Assembly (NCBI RefSeq): GCF_000172995.2 | Contig: NC_014729.1 | Coordinates: 420,001-452,000, forward strand | DNA from: Halogeometricum borinquense DSM 11551 | Lineage (GTDB): Archaea > Halobacteriota > Halobacteria > Halobacteriales > Haloferacaceae | Reading direction: 5' to 3' | Length of the DNA: 32,000 bases | Shown: positions 9,204 to 18,275 of the stretch, piece after piece | How positions within the stretch are numbered: the stretch's first letter is position 1 | Layout of the letters: each line of letters starts with the position of its first letter | Program-made: the position numbers and the translations under genes | Notes under the pieces: generated by a model | The model's database searches: none | Told to the model about the DNA's origin: nothing | What the model saw: the letters and a program-made list of their open reading frames with translations, nothing else

Positions 9204-10499
9204 TTAGGCGAAGTCGTCGTACGTCGGACGGTCTCTGTCGCCCGGGAAGTCCGAGACGGGTGCGGTCGTCTGGTCGCCGGTGTCCATATCTTTCACTGTC
9301 ACTTCGTCGTTCTCTAAGTCCTGCTCCCCGACGATGACGACCGTCTCGGCGTTGATGGAGTCCGCATAGCCCATCTGTGCGCCGAAACTACGGTCTGCAA
9401 CGTCCATCTCCACGACGTTGCCGCGGTCGCGCAGGTCGCGGGCGACGCGGGAGGCGACAGCGCGCGTGTCGCCGACGGTGAGGACGTAGTAGTCCGTCTG
9501 GAGTTCCTCTTCGGGCCAGACATCCGCGCGTTCACAGAGCAGTTGGAGCGTCGCGTCACCGAGTGCGACACCGACGGCGGGTGTCGGTTGGCCGCCGAAG
9601 TCCTCGATGAGGTTGTCGTAGCGACCGCCGCCAAACGCCGCCCGCGACACGTCGCCGGTGGAGTCGAAGCACTCGAAGACGACGCCCGTGTAGTAGTCGA
9701 GACCGCGGGCCGTCGTCAGGGAGATGTCGCAGTACTGCCGCACGCCGAAGTCTTCGGTCGCCGCGAGAACGGCACGGAGATTCTCGACGGCGTCTTTCAC
9801 GTCGTCGCCGCCGAACTCGGCGATGGCGTCGAGGTCGCCCGCTACGATGAGGTTGTCGAACTCGCGGGCTTGGTCGTAGGAGAGACCGGCGTCAGAGAGC
9901 AGTCCGAGGTATTCCTCGTCTTCGACCTTCGCGCGCTTGTCAACGGCGCGGATGGCATTCCGGGTGTCTACGTCGGCGTCGAACGAATCGAGGAGACCGC
10001 CGAGGATGTCGCGGTGGGAGACGCGGAACTCGAAGTCGTCAGCTGTCAGGCCCAGAGAAGTAAGCGCGTCCGCCGCGAACGCCAGAATCTCCGCGTCGGC
10101 CTCGGGTTCCGACGAGCCGAAGATGTCGACGTTCGTCTGGTAGAACTCGCGGAAACGGCCCTGTTGGACCTGCTCGAAGCGCCAGAACGGGCGGGAAGAG
10201 ACCCACTTGATCGGCTTCGATAGCGCCTGTTGCTTGGCGACGACCATCCGGGCGACGGTCGGCGTCAGTTCCGGCGTCAACGACACCTCGCGGCCGCCTT
10301 TGTCCTCGAAGGCGTACAGTTCTTCGACGATTTCCTCGCCGCTTTTGTCCACGTACATCTGCGTCCGTTCGAGTCGCGGCGTCGCTATCTCGCGGAAGCC
10401 GTATCGGGCCGCCGCATCCTCGACAGCGTCGAATACCTGCCGCCGAGCGGACATCTCGTCGGGGTAGAAGTCACGAAACCCCTTGAGTCGGTCATACAT
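9204..10499 (-). CDS. hisS: histidine--tRNA ligase
   Basis: Class II aaRS motifs (FRFEQVQQGRFREFYQ, GGGRYDNL) and N-terminus MYDRLKGFRDFYPDEM. The track ORF extends 65 codons further (to 10694) through Arg/Lys-rich non-coding-looking sequence. ATG verified as cat at 10497-10499. Confidence 0.9.
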   Translation of the reverse strand: MYDRLKGFRDFYPDEMSARRQVFDAVEDAAARYGFREIATPRLERTQMYVDKSGEEIVEELYAFEDKGGREVSLTPELTPTVARMVVAKQQALSKPIKWVSSRPFWRFEQVQQGRFREFYQTNVDIFGSSEPEADAEILAFAADALTSLGLTADDFEFRVSHRDILGGLLDSFDADVDTRNAIRAVDKRAKVEDEEYLGLLSDAGLSYDQAREFDNLIVAGDLDAIAEFGGDDVKDAVENLRAVLAATEDFGVRQYCDISLTTARGLDYYTGVVFECFDSTGDVSRAAFGGGRYDNLIEDFGGQPTPAVGVALGDATLQLLCERADVWPEEELQTDYYVLTVGDTRAVASRVARDLRDRGNVVEMDVADRSFGAQMGYADSINAETVVIVGEQDLENDEVTVKDMDTGDQTTAPVSDFPGDRDRPTYDDFA

Positions 10500-10584
10500 A
10501 GGCGGTGATTCGGTGTAATCGCGCTTGAAACTGTTGAAGCCCGCTCTTCTTCGCTTCTTGTTCCGCCGCTGTTTGCTCCGATTC

Positions 10585-11781
10585 TCACACGTCGCCCACG
10601 TCGAATGGGCGCACCCACCCGACTGTGGAGACATACAACCACGACCGCCAGCTATCGAGATGGGCACTCTCAATTTTCTCGTCGGGGCTATCAATCATCC
10701 ATCCACACCGGTCCTCGTACCGACTCTCGACCAATGGGACTCGGTTCCCGCGTCGGCCTTCGTCCGTCACACGGTGGAGGTAACCGGACTGGTCAACCAC
10801 GAACACGCCCGCGTCGCCTGCGGCGATAGCACCAACCGAGATCTCGGCGTCGTACTCCCACTTGACCGACCATTCGGATGTCTCGGCTTCGGGCGTCGCC
10901 GTGAGTGCGACAACACGTCCCGACGTTCCGCCGAGGTAGACGGTGTCCTCGTCGTGGTCGAACGACGCCATTTCATCGAGGGGGTTTTTCGTTTGCTGAA
11001 CTGTCCCCTCGGCGGCGTTCACCTTCGCCACTGTTTCGGTCGTGGCGAAAACGAGGCTTTCATTGACGAAGACGGGTTGCCACCACGTCTTTCCGGGGAG
11101 GCTAACCGTCCAGCGAACGTCTCCAGTCTCCGGATTGAACCCGCGTAGAACACTGTCTTCGGACCCTGAAACGACGATATCTGAGGCGAGGGCTGGTCCG
11201 TGTTCAACCATCGCCGTCACTTCGGTAGCCCACAGTTCGGATCCGTCTGTGGAATCCAACGCGACGACGCGGTGGGTGTACTGCGACTCGTCGCTCGGAT
11301 CTGGGTCCGGTTTGTTTGAGTGGGAGATGCCGACGTAGACGCGGCCGTCAGCGACCAGCGGTTGGCCCCACGCACCGCCGCCGTACTCTTCGACACCGCC
11401 AGCGTCGTACGTCCACTCGATGCGTCCGGTCGCGGCGTCGAGTGCGCGGACGGTATCGTCACCAGTCCCGATGTAGACTCGGTTTTCGTGCACGGCGGGG
11501 ACGCCAAATCCGCCACCCTCAGAAACGGTGGTCCACTCGGCCTGTCCATGATGGTTGAGGGCAGCGAGTCGGTGCTGGTCGCCGCCGGTAGTGCCGTATC
11601 CTTCAGGAACGAGAAGGGCGTTTTCCGTCTCTACTACCGGTCCCCAGTAGTCTCCGTGGTACGTCCATCCCGGTTCCAACGGCGACGCGCAGTGCGGTTC
11701 TTCGGCAAGGTACCAGCCACCACCGGCGGTGCCGGTGACGCCGAGCGCGAGGAGGATATCTCTTCGGGACCAATCGGGCAT
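10585..11781 (-). CDS. PQQ-like (BamB-type) beta-propeller repeat protein with Tat-like signal
   Basis: N-terminus MPDWSRRDILLALGVTGTAGG (twin-arginine-like). Repeated W/G-rich blades follow (RVYIGT.DDTVRALDAATG, GRVYVG, VVALDSTDGSELW, LRGFNPETGDVRW). Confidence 0.8.
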   Translation of the reverse strand: MPDWSRRDILLALGVTGTAGGGWYLAEEPHCASPLEPGWTYHGDYWGPVVETENALLVPEGYGTTGGDQHRLAALNHHGQAEWTTVSEGGGFGVPAVHENRVYIGTGDDTVRALDAATGRIEWTYDAGGVEEYGGGAWGQPLVADGRVYVGISHSNKPDPDPSDESQYTHRVVALDSTDGSELWATEVTAMVEHGPALASDIVVSGSEDSVLRGFNPETGDVRWTVSLPGKTWWQPVFVNESLVFATTETVAKVNAAEGTVQQTKNPLDEMASFDHDEDTVYLGGTSGRVVALTATPEAETSEWSVKWEYDAEISVGAIAAGDAGVFVVDQSGYLHRVTDEGRRGNRVPLVESRYEDRCGWMIDSPDEKIESAHLDSWRSWLYVSTVGWVRPFDVGDV

Positions 11782-11828
11782 CGTCTCGAATTTTCATCAC
11801 GACCGGATATGTCTTCTGAACAACTATT

Positions 11829-12746
11829 TCACAGCGCGATGAGGGCGACGCCGATGACGGCGAGCGCCGCGGCGACGAGGCGCGTCCCGAACGCTCGTTC
11901 GCGGAGGAGGACGCCGCCGAGGAGGACGGCGACGACAGCTTGGGTGTTGACGACCGGTGAGGCGATGCTGGCGGGGGCGACGGCGAACGCCAACGACGTG
12001 AGATGTTCACCGAGCGCGACGCCCGCGCCGGCGAGGGCAAACTTCGGTAGATCTCCACGGACAGACACCCAGTCACGGACGACGAGTGGCAGGAGTACGA
12101 CGACGACGCCCCCGAGGAGCGTCGGCACCCATATCGTCGGTGGAATGTTCATCTCCTGCAGGACGAGGCGTTTTCCAACGTCGCCGATGGCGTAGCAGAG
12201 GGCACTCACGAGTGCCAACTGGGCCGGTCGCGCGGTGGCCGCCTTCTTCAACGGATCCAGCAATGAACCGCTCCGGTAGTTGGCGACGTAGACGGCGAGT
12301 GTGGCGACGCCGACGCCGACTAGCTGAATCGGTCTGAGCTGTTCGTGTAAGAACAGAATCTCGATCGGGAGAACGAACACCGGGACGATTTTGTTTATCG
12401 GCGCGACGTACGACACCTCTCCCGCGTCGAGGGCGGACAGAAAGACGAGGAAGGCGGTCGCTGTCATGACGACCGTTAGGAGGATGATTCCCGCGTCGCC
12501 AATGCCGAACGTCCCCGCGTCGGGAATCTCCGCGGTAGGCGTCGAGAGTGTGATCGGAAGGTACCACAGGACCGCCGCGACGTTGACGACGACGGTAAAC
12601 ACGGTCCCGGGGTAGTCGTCGAAATACCGCTTGAGTGCGAAAATATACGTTCCCCAGACGAACGCGGCGACGACGGCGTAGGCGATGCCCGGCGGGAGCG
12701 AGAGCGCACCCGACTGGAGCGCGGCAGCATCGAAAAGCAGGTCCAT
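11829..12746 (-). CDS. EamA/DMT-family transporter
   Basis: 305 aa, about 10 hydrophobic helices, two-fold internal EamA-like organisation. Confidence 0.8.
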   Translation of the reverse strand: MDLLFDAAALQSGALSLPPGIAYAVVAAFVWGTYIFALKRYFDDYPGTVFTVVVNVAAVLWYLPITLSTPTAEIPDAGTFGIGDAGIILLTVVMTATAFLVFLSALDAGEVSYVAPINKIVPVFVLPIEILFLHEQLRPIQLVGVGVATLAVYVANYRSGSLLDPLKKAATARPAQLALVSALCYAIGDVGKRLVLQEMNIPPTIWVPTLLGGVVVVLLPLVVRDWVSVRGDLPKFALAGAGVALGEHLTSLAFAVAPASIASPVVNTQAVVAVLLGGVLLRERAFGTRLVAAALAVIGVALIAL

Positions 12747-12828
12747 CTACTCCGTGTCTGGCCTCGGCCAGTAGGAAAACGGTTCGATTACGCCGCTCGG
12801 GTCGTTCAGTGCGGCGGCCGAATACCGC

Positions 12829-13419
12829 TCACTTCAGTCCGCGAACGTACGTCTGTACGTGATCGGGGAACACCGATTCGACGGTGTCTTGTCCGTGTTT
12901 GTCGGCGATCATCGCACGGAGTTCCGCCTCGTAGTCGCCTTTCGTAATCCGCTCTGACGGGCCGCTCTCAACGTTGAGCGTGGAATCGACCAGTCGATCA
13001 ACTGCTCGGCGACCGAATCCCGACAGCGGTGCCAAGTAATCTACGTCGTGTCGGTCTTCGAGACTCTGCGCTTGCGCGCGCGAGATGGTCGGCACCCGGT
13101 CGTCGCGCCGCGTTCCGTCGGCGATAGCGGCGACGTCCAACTCGGCGATGCGCTCAAGCGCGTGTTCGTGGACCTGTTGGATGCCGTTCCGCGGATAGCC
13201 GTCGTTGACCATCTGTTCGGCGGCCTCTCGGGCCACCGCCTCGTCGAGTTCGACTACATCGAACTCGTAGCCAAGTCTGTCGGCGGCGTCGCGGGCGTGA
13301 ACCCAATCGTCCGTGATGCCGAAGTGGGCTGTTACGAGCGTCACGTCGTAAAACGAATCGAGCAAGAGGGCGGCAAGCGTCGAATCTTTGCCGCCGCTGT
13401 AGAGAAGCGCGAGCTCCAC
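12829..13419 (-). CDS. PP-loop ATP pyrophosphatase family protein (adenine nucleotide alpha-hydrolase superfamily)
   Basis: N-terminal SGGKDS PP-loop motif (MELALLYSGGKDSTLAALLL). It starts 5 nt downstream of the preceding gene in an rps19e / DNA-binding protein / PP-loop co-directional string. Confidence 0.8.
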   Translation of the reverse strand: MELALLYSGGKDSTLAALLLDSFYDVTLVTAHFGITDDWVHARDAADRLGYEFDVVELDEAVAREAAEQMVNDGYPRNGIQQVHEHALERIAELDVAAIADGTRRDDRVPTISRAQAQSLEDRHDVDYLAPLSGFGRRAVDRLVDSTLNVESGPSERITKGDYEAELRAMIADKHGQDTVESVFPDHVQTYVRGLK

Positions 13420-13424
13420 GTCGT

Positions 13425-13790
13425 CTATCGCCGCCGAATGTTGAAGCTCTTCGAGTCGGGCTGAAGCTCTCGAAGCAGGTCTTTCATCTGGTCTTCATCG
13501 ATGCGGTCTTGGATCCGGCCGCTCTGTGCGAGTGCGACGAGTTGCTGTTTCACCTTCTCTGCGAAGTCGGGCTTCGACATCTCGACGGCGTTCAGGCGTT
13601 GCCGTGCCCCGTCGGTGAGATACTGCTTGAGGAGCGCGTCTTTTTGCGCCTCGGCACGTTCACGGGCGGCTTCTTGAGCGGCCTCGTTCTGTTGGCCCCC
13701 TTGACCCTCTGCCCGCTCTTGTAGCTCCTCCATCTTCTCTTGTCGAAGTTTTTCGAGCCGTTCGTCGTCGGGATTCCCACTCATACCCAC
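13425..13790 (-). CDS. PDCD5/TFAR19-like double-stranded DNA-binding protein
   Basis: 121 aa, charged coiled N-terminus, conserved segment ILSQILTPEARERL-like ([41 protein letters not shown]). Confidence 0.8.
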   Translation of the reverse strand: MGMSGNPDDERLEKLRQEKMEELQERAEGQGGQQNEAAQEAARERAEAQKDALLKQYLTDGARQRLNAVEMSKPDFAEKVKQQLVALAQSGRIQDRIDEDQMKDLLRELQPDSKSFNIRRR

Positions 13791-13889
13791 AGATTCTCTC
13801 GCAGTTCTGAAAACGATTACGGAGGCTTCGGAACAGTGCCGACGCTCTTGATGTTGCGTCTGAGAAAACGTGACTCGTGGAAAACGGCG

Positions 13890-14345
13890 TTACGCGTAGC
13901 GTTCGAGTTCCGGCCGGTCGAGCGATTCGAAGACGTCGGCGGCGGCGTTGTCGAGGAAGCTACGACCCTCGTCGGTGATGACGCGACCCTCGCCCTGTGC
14001 GGTGCGGATGAGACCCTCTTCTTCCAGTTGCTGGAGCGCGGTACGGATGATGTTCTTGCTGCCGGTGTCGGAGTGTTTGCCCGAGACGACGTAGCGGTTG
14101 GTACCGCGCTTGCGGCCGCCGTACTCCGTCGAGAGTCGGTCAACGCCGACAGGTCCGTTCATCGCTACCTTTCGCAGGAGCGATGCCGTTCGGACGTACC
14201 AGAAGTTGTCCTGCTGCGGCGGAAGCTCTCGGGTCTGGCCCGTCTTTGCGAAGGCCATCCACTCCGGTTCTTCGATACGGTCTTCGAGGCGGTCGGCGAC
14301 GTCCTCAATGAGGGCGTCGGCCGGAACGTCATAGAGGGTTACCAT
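13890..14345 (-). CDS. rps19e: 30S ribosomal protein S19e
   Basis: MVTLYDVPADALIEDVADRL...FAKTGQTRELPPQQDNFWYVRTASLLRKV... is characteristic of the archaeal S19e family; 151 aa. Confidence 0.9.
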   Translation of the reverse strand: MVTLYDVPADALIEDVADRLEDRIEEPEWMAFAKTGQTRELPPQQDNFWYVRTASLLRKVAMNGPVGVDRLSTEYGGRKRGTNRYVVSGKHSDTGSKNIIRTALQQLEEEGLIRTAQGEGRVITDEGRSFLDNAAADVFESLDRPELERYA

Positions 14346-14369
14346 GGGTGTCTCTTCCGGATGGCGTCG

Positions 14370-14375
14370 TTTAAA
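14370..14375 (-). promoter_or_regulatory. putative TATA box for rps19e (leaderless-type spacing)
   Basis: tttaaa lies 25-30 nt upstream of the rps19e ATG (14345). Confidence 0.4.
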
Positions 14376-14432
14376 GCCATCGTATCGGTGCTACGGAAGG
14401 GTACGGGCCGCTGGCGCCGCTTCGAGACCGTC

Positions 14433-15470
14433 TTACGACCTCGACCCACCGAGGCTTACCCACGCCATCACGCCGCCGCCGAGGAGTGTCGGCAGCCAGT
14501 ACACCGCTCCACGGAAGATGACGATAGCTGCGACGGCGACAGACTTCGTGACGGAGGGTAACGGAACGGCCAGCAGGAGGACGACGAGGACGCTCTCGAT
14601 ACCGCCAGCACCACCGGGGAGCGGCGTCACACCCGCGATAGCGCCGATTGGAACGACGAGCATCGCGATCGAGAGCGGGACCTCGATACCGATGGCGCGG
14701 AAGGAGAGCCACAGACCGAGCATCTGACAGAACCAGCCGATAGCGGATCCCCCAAGTGCCAGTGCGAGTCCGCGCGGGTTCGTTGCGATCCGTTCGATAG
14801 CGCGGAAGAAGCCGTTGATGCGGCGTTCGATGCCGTCTTCGGTTGGGACTGGAACACGCGGTGCGTACCGTGCGACCGTTTGGATGAGCGGGACAAACGC
14901 CGAGACGACTCGGTCTTCGAGGCGGTAGCGGCGTTGCCACGCTACGTATCCCACAGATGGAACCACAACTGCGAGGGCGACGACGGCGACGAGTGCCAAA
15001 AGCAGGTTGCGGTTCGTTCCGAGTGTCACCTCGGTAGCGTAGTAGCCTGCCCCGACGAGGGCAATCGTTATCGAGGGGACGAAGTTCAGCGTGTCAACGC
15101 TGGCGATAGCCGCGAGGCTCGTCTCGTATTCGGCGTCTGATGCCTGCGAAATGAGGTAGGCGGTCACCGGTTCGCCGCCCGCCTGTCCGAACGGGGTAAC
15201 GTTGTTCGAGAACATCGCGCCCGCGAAGATGAAGAATGCCTTCGGGAACGTCACGCTGACACCGAGAATGTCGAGAACCGTTTTGAGCGAGAAACTCCAC
15301 GCCGCCAACCACACGAGCGTCACGAGAATGACCAGCCCCACAGGGGCGGCTTCGGCCTTCTGAAACGTATCGATCAACTCGTCAACGCCCGCAAAGTAAA
15401 ACAGGAGGACGAACACCACAAACGCGCCGAGGAAACCAAGGGCTGTGGCGCGGAGGTTCTCGCGGGCCAT
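14433..15470 (-). CDS. UPF0104 / lysylphosphatidylglycerol-synthase-TM-like (flippase-like) membrane protein
   Basis: Polytopic membrane protein. The likely start is ATG 15470 (MARENLRATALGFLGAFVVFVLLFYF...). The 119 upstream codons of the track ORF (to 15827) are Arg/Pro-rich and antisense to thiL. Confidence 0.75.
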   Translation of the reverse strand: MARENLRATALGFLGAFVVFVLLFYFAGVDELIDTFQKAEAAPVGLVILVTLVWLAAWSFSLKTVLDILGVSVTFPKAFFIFAGAMFSNNVTPFGQAGGEPVTAYLISQASDAEYETSLAAIASVDTLNFVPSITIALVGAGYYATEVTLGTNRNLLLALVAVVALAVVVPSVGYVAWQRRYRLEDRVVSAFVPLIQTVARYAPRVPVPTEDGIERRINGFFRAIERIATNPRGLALALGGSAIGWFCQMLGLWLSFRAIGIEVPLSIAMLVVPIGAIAGVTPLPGGAGGIESVLVVLLLAVPLPSVTKSVAVAAIVIFRGAVYWLPTLLGGGVMAWVSLGGSRS

Positions 15471-15589
15471 GTCCCGCACGTTGGCCGTGGTCGCAATCAA
15501 CCCATCGAAACCGCACCGCATCGTGCGAGTTGGTATCGTATATGGCCGTGGACGGCGAGTTTTTTGTCGGTCGGGTGGTGAGAAGGGAC

Positions 15590-16468
15590 ATGGACGAACG
15601 TTCGGCACTTCGCCTCCTCGCGGCGGACCTCCCCGACGCGGGTGACGATGCTGCCGTCGTGGACGGACTGGTGGTGACGACCGATATGCTCCACGAGTCC
15701 ACCGACTTTCCGGCGGGAACGACGCGCTACACCGCCGGATGGCGTTCTGTTGCCGCTTCGCTCTCGGACGTGGCCGCAATGGGTGCCGACGCCACGGCCG
15801 CCGTTGCCGCCTACGGCGCGCCGTCACTGGAGGAATCTGAGTTACGCGACTTCGTTCGCGGCGCGCGCGAGGTGTGCGCGGCAGTTGGTGCCGAGTACGT
15901 CGGCGGCGACCTCGACACCCATGAAGAGTTTACCGTGGCGACGACCGCCCTCGGTGAGACCGATAATCCGCTGTTGCGGTCGGGAGCGACACCCGGAAAC
16001 GTGGTTTGCGTCACGGGCGCTCTCGGCCGAAGCGCCGCTGCACTTCGTGCGTTCGAGGCAGGCGACTGTGACCGGGCGAACGACCTCTTTCGATTCACGC
16101 CGCGCGTCGCCGCCGGTGTTGCACTCCGGCCGTACGCAACCGCGATGATGGACTCCTCGGACGGTCTCGCCCGATCACTCCACCAGATTGCAGAGGCGTC
16201 CGACTGCGGGTTTGCGTTCGAGTGGGACGCGCTTCCGGTTCACGACGCCGTGACGGAGTACGCACGCGACACCGACGACGAACGCGCGATGGCCGCGTAC
16301 TTCGGTGAGGATTTCGAACTCGTGTTCACGCTGCCCGCTGACGCGGTAGACACCGCACGAGACGCGCTTTCGATTCCGATCACTGTCGTTGGGCAGGTAA
16401 CTGACGAACAAATCGTCGCGAACGGTGATCCAGTGCCCGATGAGGGGTATACCCACGCTGACGACTGA
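15590..16468 (+). CDS. thiL: thiamine-monophosphate kinase
   Basis: AIR-synthase-like N domain motifs (GDDAAVV, TTDMLHESTDFP, GGDL). Likely start ATG 15590 (MDERSALRLL...), verified. Confidence 0.85.
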   Translation: MDERSALRLLAADLPDAGDDAAVVDGLVVTTDMLHESTDFPAGTTRYTAGWRSVAASLSDVAAMGADATAAVAAYGAPSLEESELRDFVRGAREVCAAVGAEYVGGDLDTHEEFTVATTALGETDNPLLRSGATPGNVVCVTGALGRSAAALRAFEAGDCDRANDLFRFTPRVAAGVALRPYATAMMDSSDGLARSLHQIAEASDCGFAFEWDALPVHDAVTEYARDTDDERAMAAYFGEDFELVFTLPADAVDTARDALSIPITVVGQVTDEQIVANGDPVPDEGYTHADD

Positions 16469-16493
16469 TTCTTGGAGACGTACTGTGCGCCGC

Positions 16494-17636
16494 TCAGACA
16501 GTCATCATTTCGATGGGGACGAGCAGGAAACAGAGCGCGCCCAATGCGAACGTGAGGAGTCCGACCGCCATTCGCGCGGGTCCGATTGGAGCGTCGTCGA
16601 TGGGGTCGGCTGGGCCGCGATAGGCGATAAATATCGAGAGAAAGCCCCAGAACGCCCAGATTCCGACGGATTCGTTAAACGAGTAGCCGAGACCGTAGTG
16701 GAGGTACGCCGCAAGTCCGAACAGTGCGATGGGGACGAACGCCGCAAGTCGTTCCTGTGCCTCGCCGAGCATTGCGCGGATGATATGGCCGCCGTCCAGT
16801 TGTCCAACGGGCAGGAGATTCAAGACGGTGAAGAACATTCCCACCCAGCCACCGATGATAACCGGGTGAGCGGTCGTCGTCGGATCCGGGTAGCTCGTCT
16901 GTTCACCGAGTATCGCGGCGATGAGATTCAAAAGCGGCGGGTTGTTGAAGATGATGACTTGTCCGCTCCCGCGAACCATCGACTCGGGGACGGTCATCGG
17001 CGGTAGCGAGAGGCCGACAGCAGTGACGACTATCGTCGCCGCGAGTCCTGCTAGCGGTCCGGCGACGCCGATATCGAACAACGCCTTCCGGTCGGGAATC
17101 TGCCCGCGCATCTGGATAATCGCTCCGAGCGTCCCGAACGGGACGATGAAGGGAATGAGATACGGTAGCGACACGTCTACACCGTGGTAGCGACTGAGCG
17201 CGTAGTGACCGAGTTCGTGTGTCGTCAGCACGCCGAGGACGGCGGCGGTGAACGGCCACGCTTGGAGAACAGTCGCTGGATTCGATAGAATCTCCGAACC
17301 CGGAACGTGATACCACGCGAGTGCGCCCACGATCATCGTCGAGAGAACCGTGGCGAAGAACAGTCCGAGATTTTTCCACGGGATGCCGTCGGTTCCGTTC
17401 GTCACTGGCCGTGCGACGATGATATCTTCACGGCCTGCGGGCGTCGTGGCGACTTGTATCTCGTACCCCGCCTGTCGGAACGAAGGCCACACCTCACGGA
17501 CGAGCATCTGCTCCGGAACCAGCGACTCGCCGTAGTAGAGGATTCGCTCTCCATCGCGCCTCGTTTCATGGAGGCTGAAGACGGATTGAAGGGCTTCGAT
17601 CGGCGGTATTTCAGCCGAATCGACTGGGTCCATCAC
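16494..17636 (-). CDS. M50 family site-2-protease-type membrane metalloprotease (paralog 1, no PDZ insert)
   Basis: HExxH motif HELGHYAL within a TM helix, plus the second metal-ligand motif NLLPVGQLDGGHI; polytopic. Confidence 0.85.
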   Translation of the reverse strand: MMDPVDSAEIPPIEALQSVFSLHETRRDGERILYYGESLVPEQMLVREVWPSFRQAGYEIQVATTPAGREDIIVARPVTNGTDGIPWKNLGLFFATVLSTMIVGALAWYHVPGSEILSNPATVLQAWPFTAAVLGVLTTHELGHYALSRYHGVDVSLPYLIPFIVPFGTLGAIIQMRGQIPDRKALFDIGVAGPLAGLAATIVVTAVGLSLPPMTVPESMVRGSGQVIIFNNPPLLNLIAAILGEQTSYPDPTTTAHPVIIGGWVGMFFTVLNLLPVGQLDGGHIIRAMLGEAQERLAAFVPIALFGLAAYLHYGLGYSFNESVGIWAFWGFLSIFIAYRGPADPIDDAPIGPARMAVGLLTFALGALCFLLVPIEMMTV

Positions 17637-17696
17637 AACGCCGTAGGGTACACTCGGCCATAAAACTCGTGTCGGATGTGAAAACGACTGGATGAT

Positions 17697-17761
17697 GGGC
17701 GCGGGGGCCCGTTGGGCGGCACGCCGTCAGTGGGAAGTGGGGCGGCCTGTGGGGGAAGCGG
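17697..17761 (+). repeat. second, weaker G-run tract sharing the core GGGGGAAGCGG with the 5058-5193 tract
   Basis: Runs: G3 17697-99, G5 17703-07, G3 17714-16, G3 17732-34, G4 17739-42, G5 17751-55. gggggaagcgg occurs at 17751-17761 and at 5110-5120. Confidence 0.5.
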
Positions 17762-17789
17762 TTCGTTTCGAGTGATACTCAAAACGAAC
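17761..17789. terminator. 12-bp-stem hairpin (1 mismatch, 5-nt loop) between the winged-helix gene and the M50 protease gene
   Basis: gttcgtttcgag (17761-72), tgata, ctcaaaacgaac (17778-89). The element lies 68-96 nt downstream of the stop of 17857..18117(-). Its function as a terminator or attenuator is an inference. Confidence 0.35.
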
Positions 17790-17856
17790 GTCAGGGGCTA
17801 TCTGCGGGCGTTTGTCAGGGCGGTGCAGATTTCAGGGCGTGCTTTCTGAGGGGGTT

Positions 17857-18117
17857 CTATGCGGAGGGTTCGACGCGCCACGTAGTCGCGCTCGTGTACG
17901 ACCACTTCTCGATGGTGAGTTCGGTCGCGGAATCGCGGAGTTTCACCATCAGAGCGCCGATCTCTTTCGGCGAGAGTTCGACCTCGTCCGCGATGAACTT
18001 CGATTTGAAGTACATCTCGCCGTCCTGTGCCTTCTCTTGAAGGTACTGCTTCAGACGGTCTTCTTTCGAGAGCTCGTTCGCGGTGGGTTCTGTGGAGGGG
18101 TTTGCGGTTGCGCTCAT
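17857..18117 (-). CDS. small winged-helix-like protein (86 aa), conserved haloarchaeal hypothetical
   Basis: MSATANPSTEPTANELSKEDRLKQYLQEKAQDGEMYFKSKFIADEVELSPKEIGALMVKLRDS...WRVE has an HTH-plus-wing-like layout. The overlapping + strand ORF 17812..18369 is an antisense shadow. Confidence 0.7.
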   Translation of the reverse strand: MSATANPSTEPTANELSKEDRLKQYLQEKAQDGEMYFKSKFIADEVELSPKEIGALMVKLRDSATELTIEKWSYTSATTWRVEPSA

Positions 18118-18130
18118 CTGTGTCGCCTCG

Positions 18131-18275
18131 CTTCTCTCTATGCCGTTGGGGGAGAATATAAAGGGGTGAACGTTAGAGGGAATTCGACCGCTTTCAGCCG
18201 TAAATCAGTGAAAATGGTGTATTTTAAAACGCTATTAGAGAAGCTTAGATATTTTAAAAACTTCTCTAACGCTTT
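18131..18275. promoter_or_regulatory. promoter/operator-like region: TATA box (18156-18162, minus-strand tttatat) embedded among four TTAGAG-type motif copies, including an imperfect palindrome
   Basis: Motif copies: cttctctcta 18131-40 (reverse), cgttagaggg 18171-80, tattagagaag 18233-43, cttctctaacg 18261-71 (reverse). ttagagaag (18235-43) and cttctctaa (18261-69) form a perfect 9-bp inverted repeat around a 17-nt A/T spacer. Confidence 0.45.

Noticed and set aside
9204-10694. Long N-terminal extensions in the track ORFs: hisS +65 codons, UPF0104 +119, M28 +38, pepF +13, thiL +20, ImmD-like +27.
   Set aside because: The extensions are Arg/Lys/Pro-rich or overlap neighbouring genes and promoters. 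Internal ATGs give N-termini that match the expected family starts.
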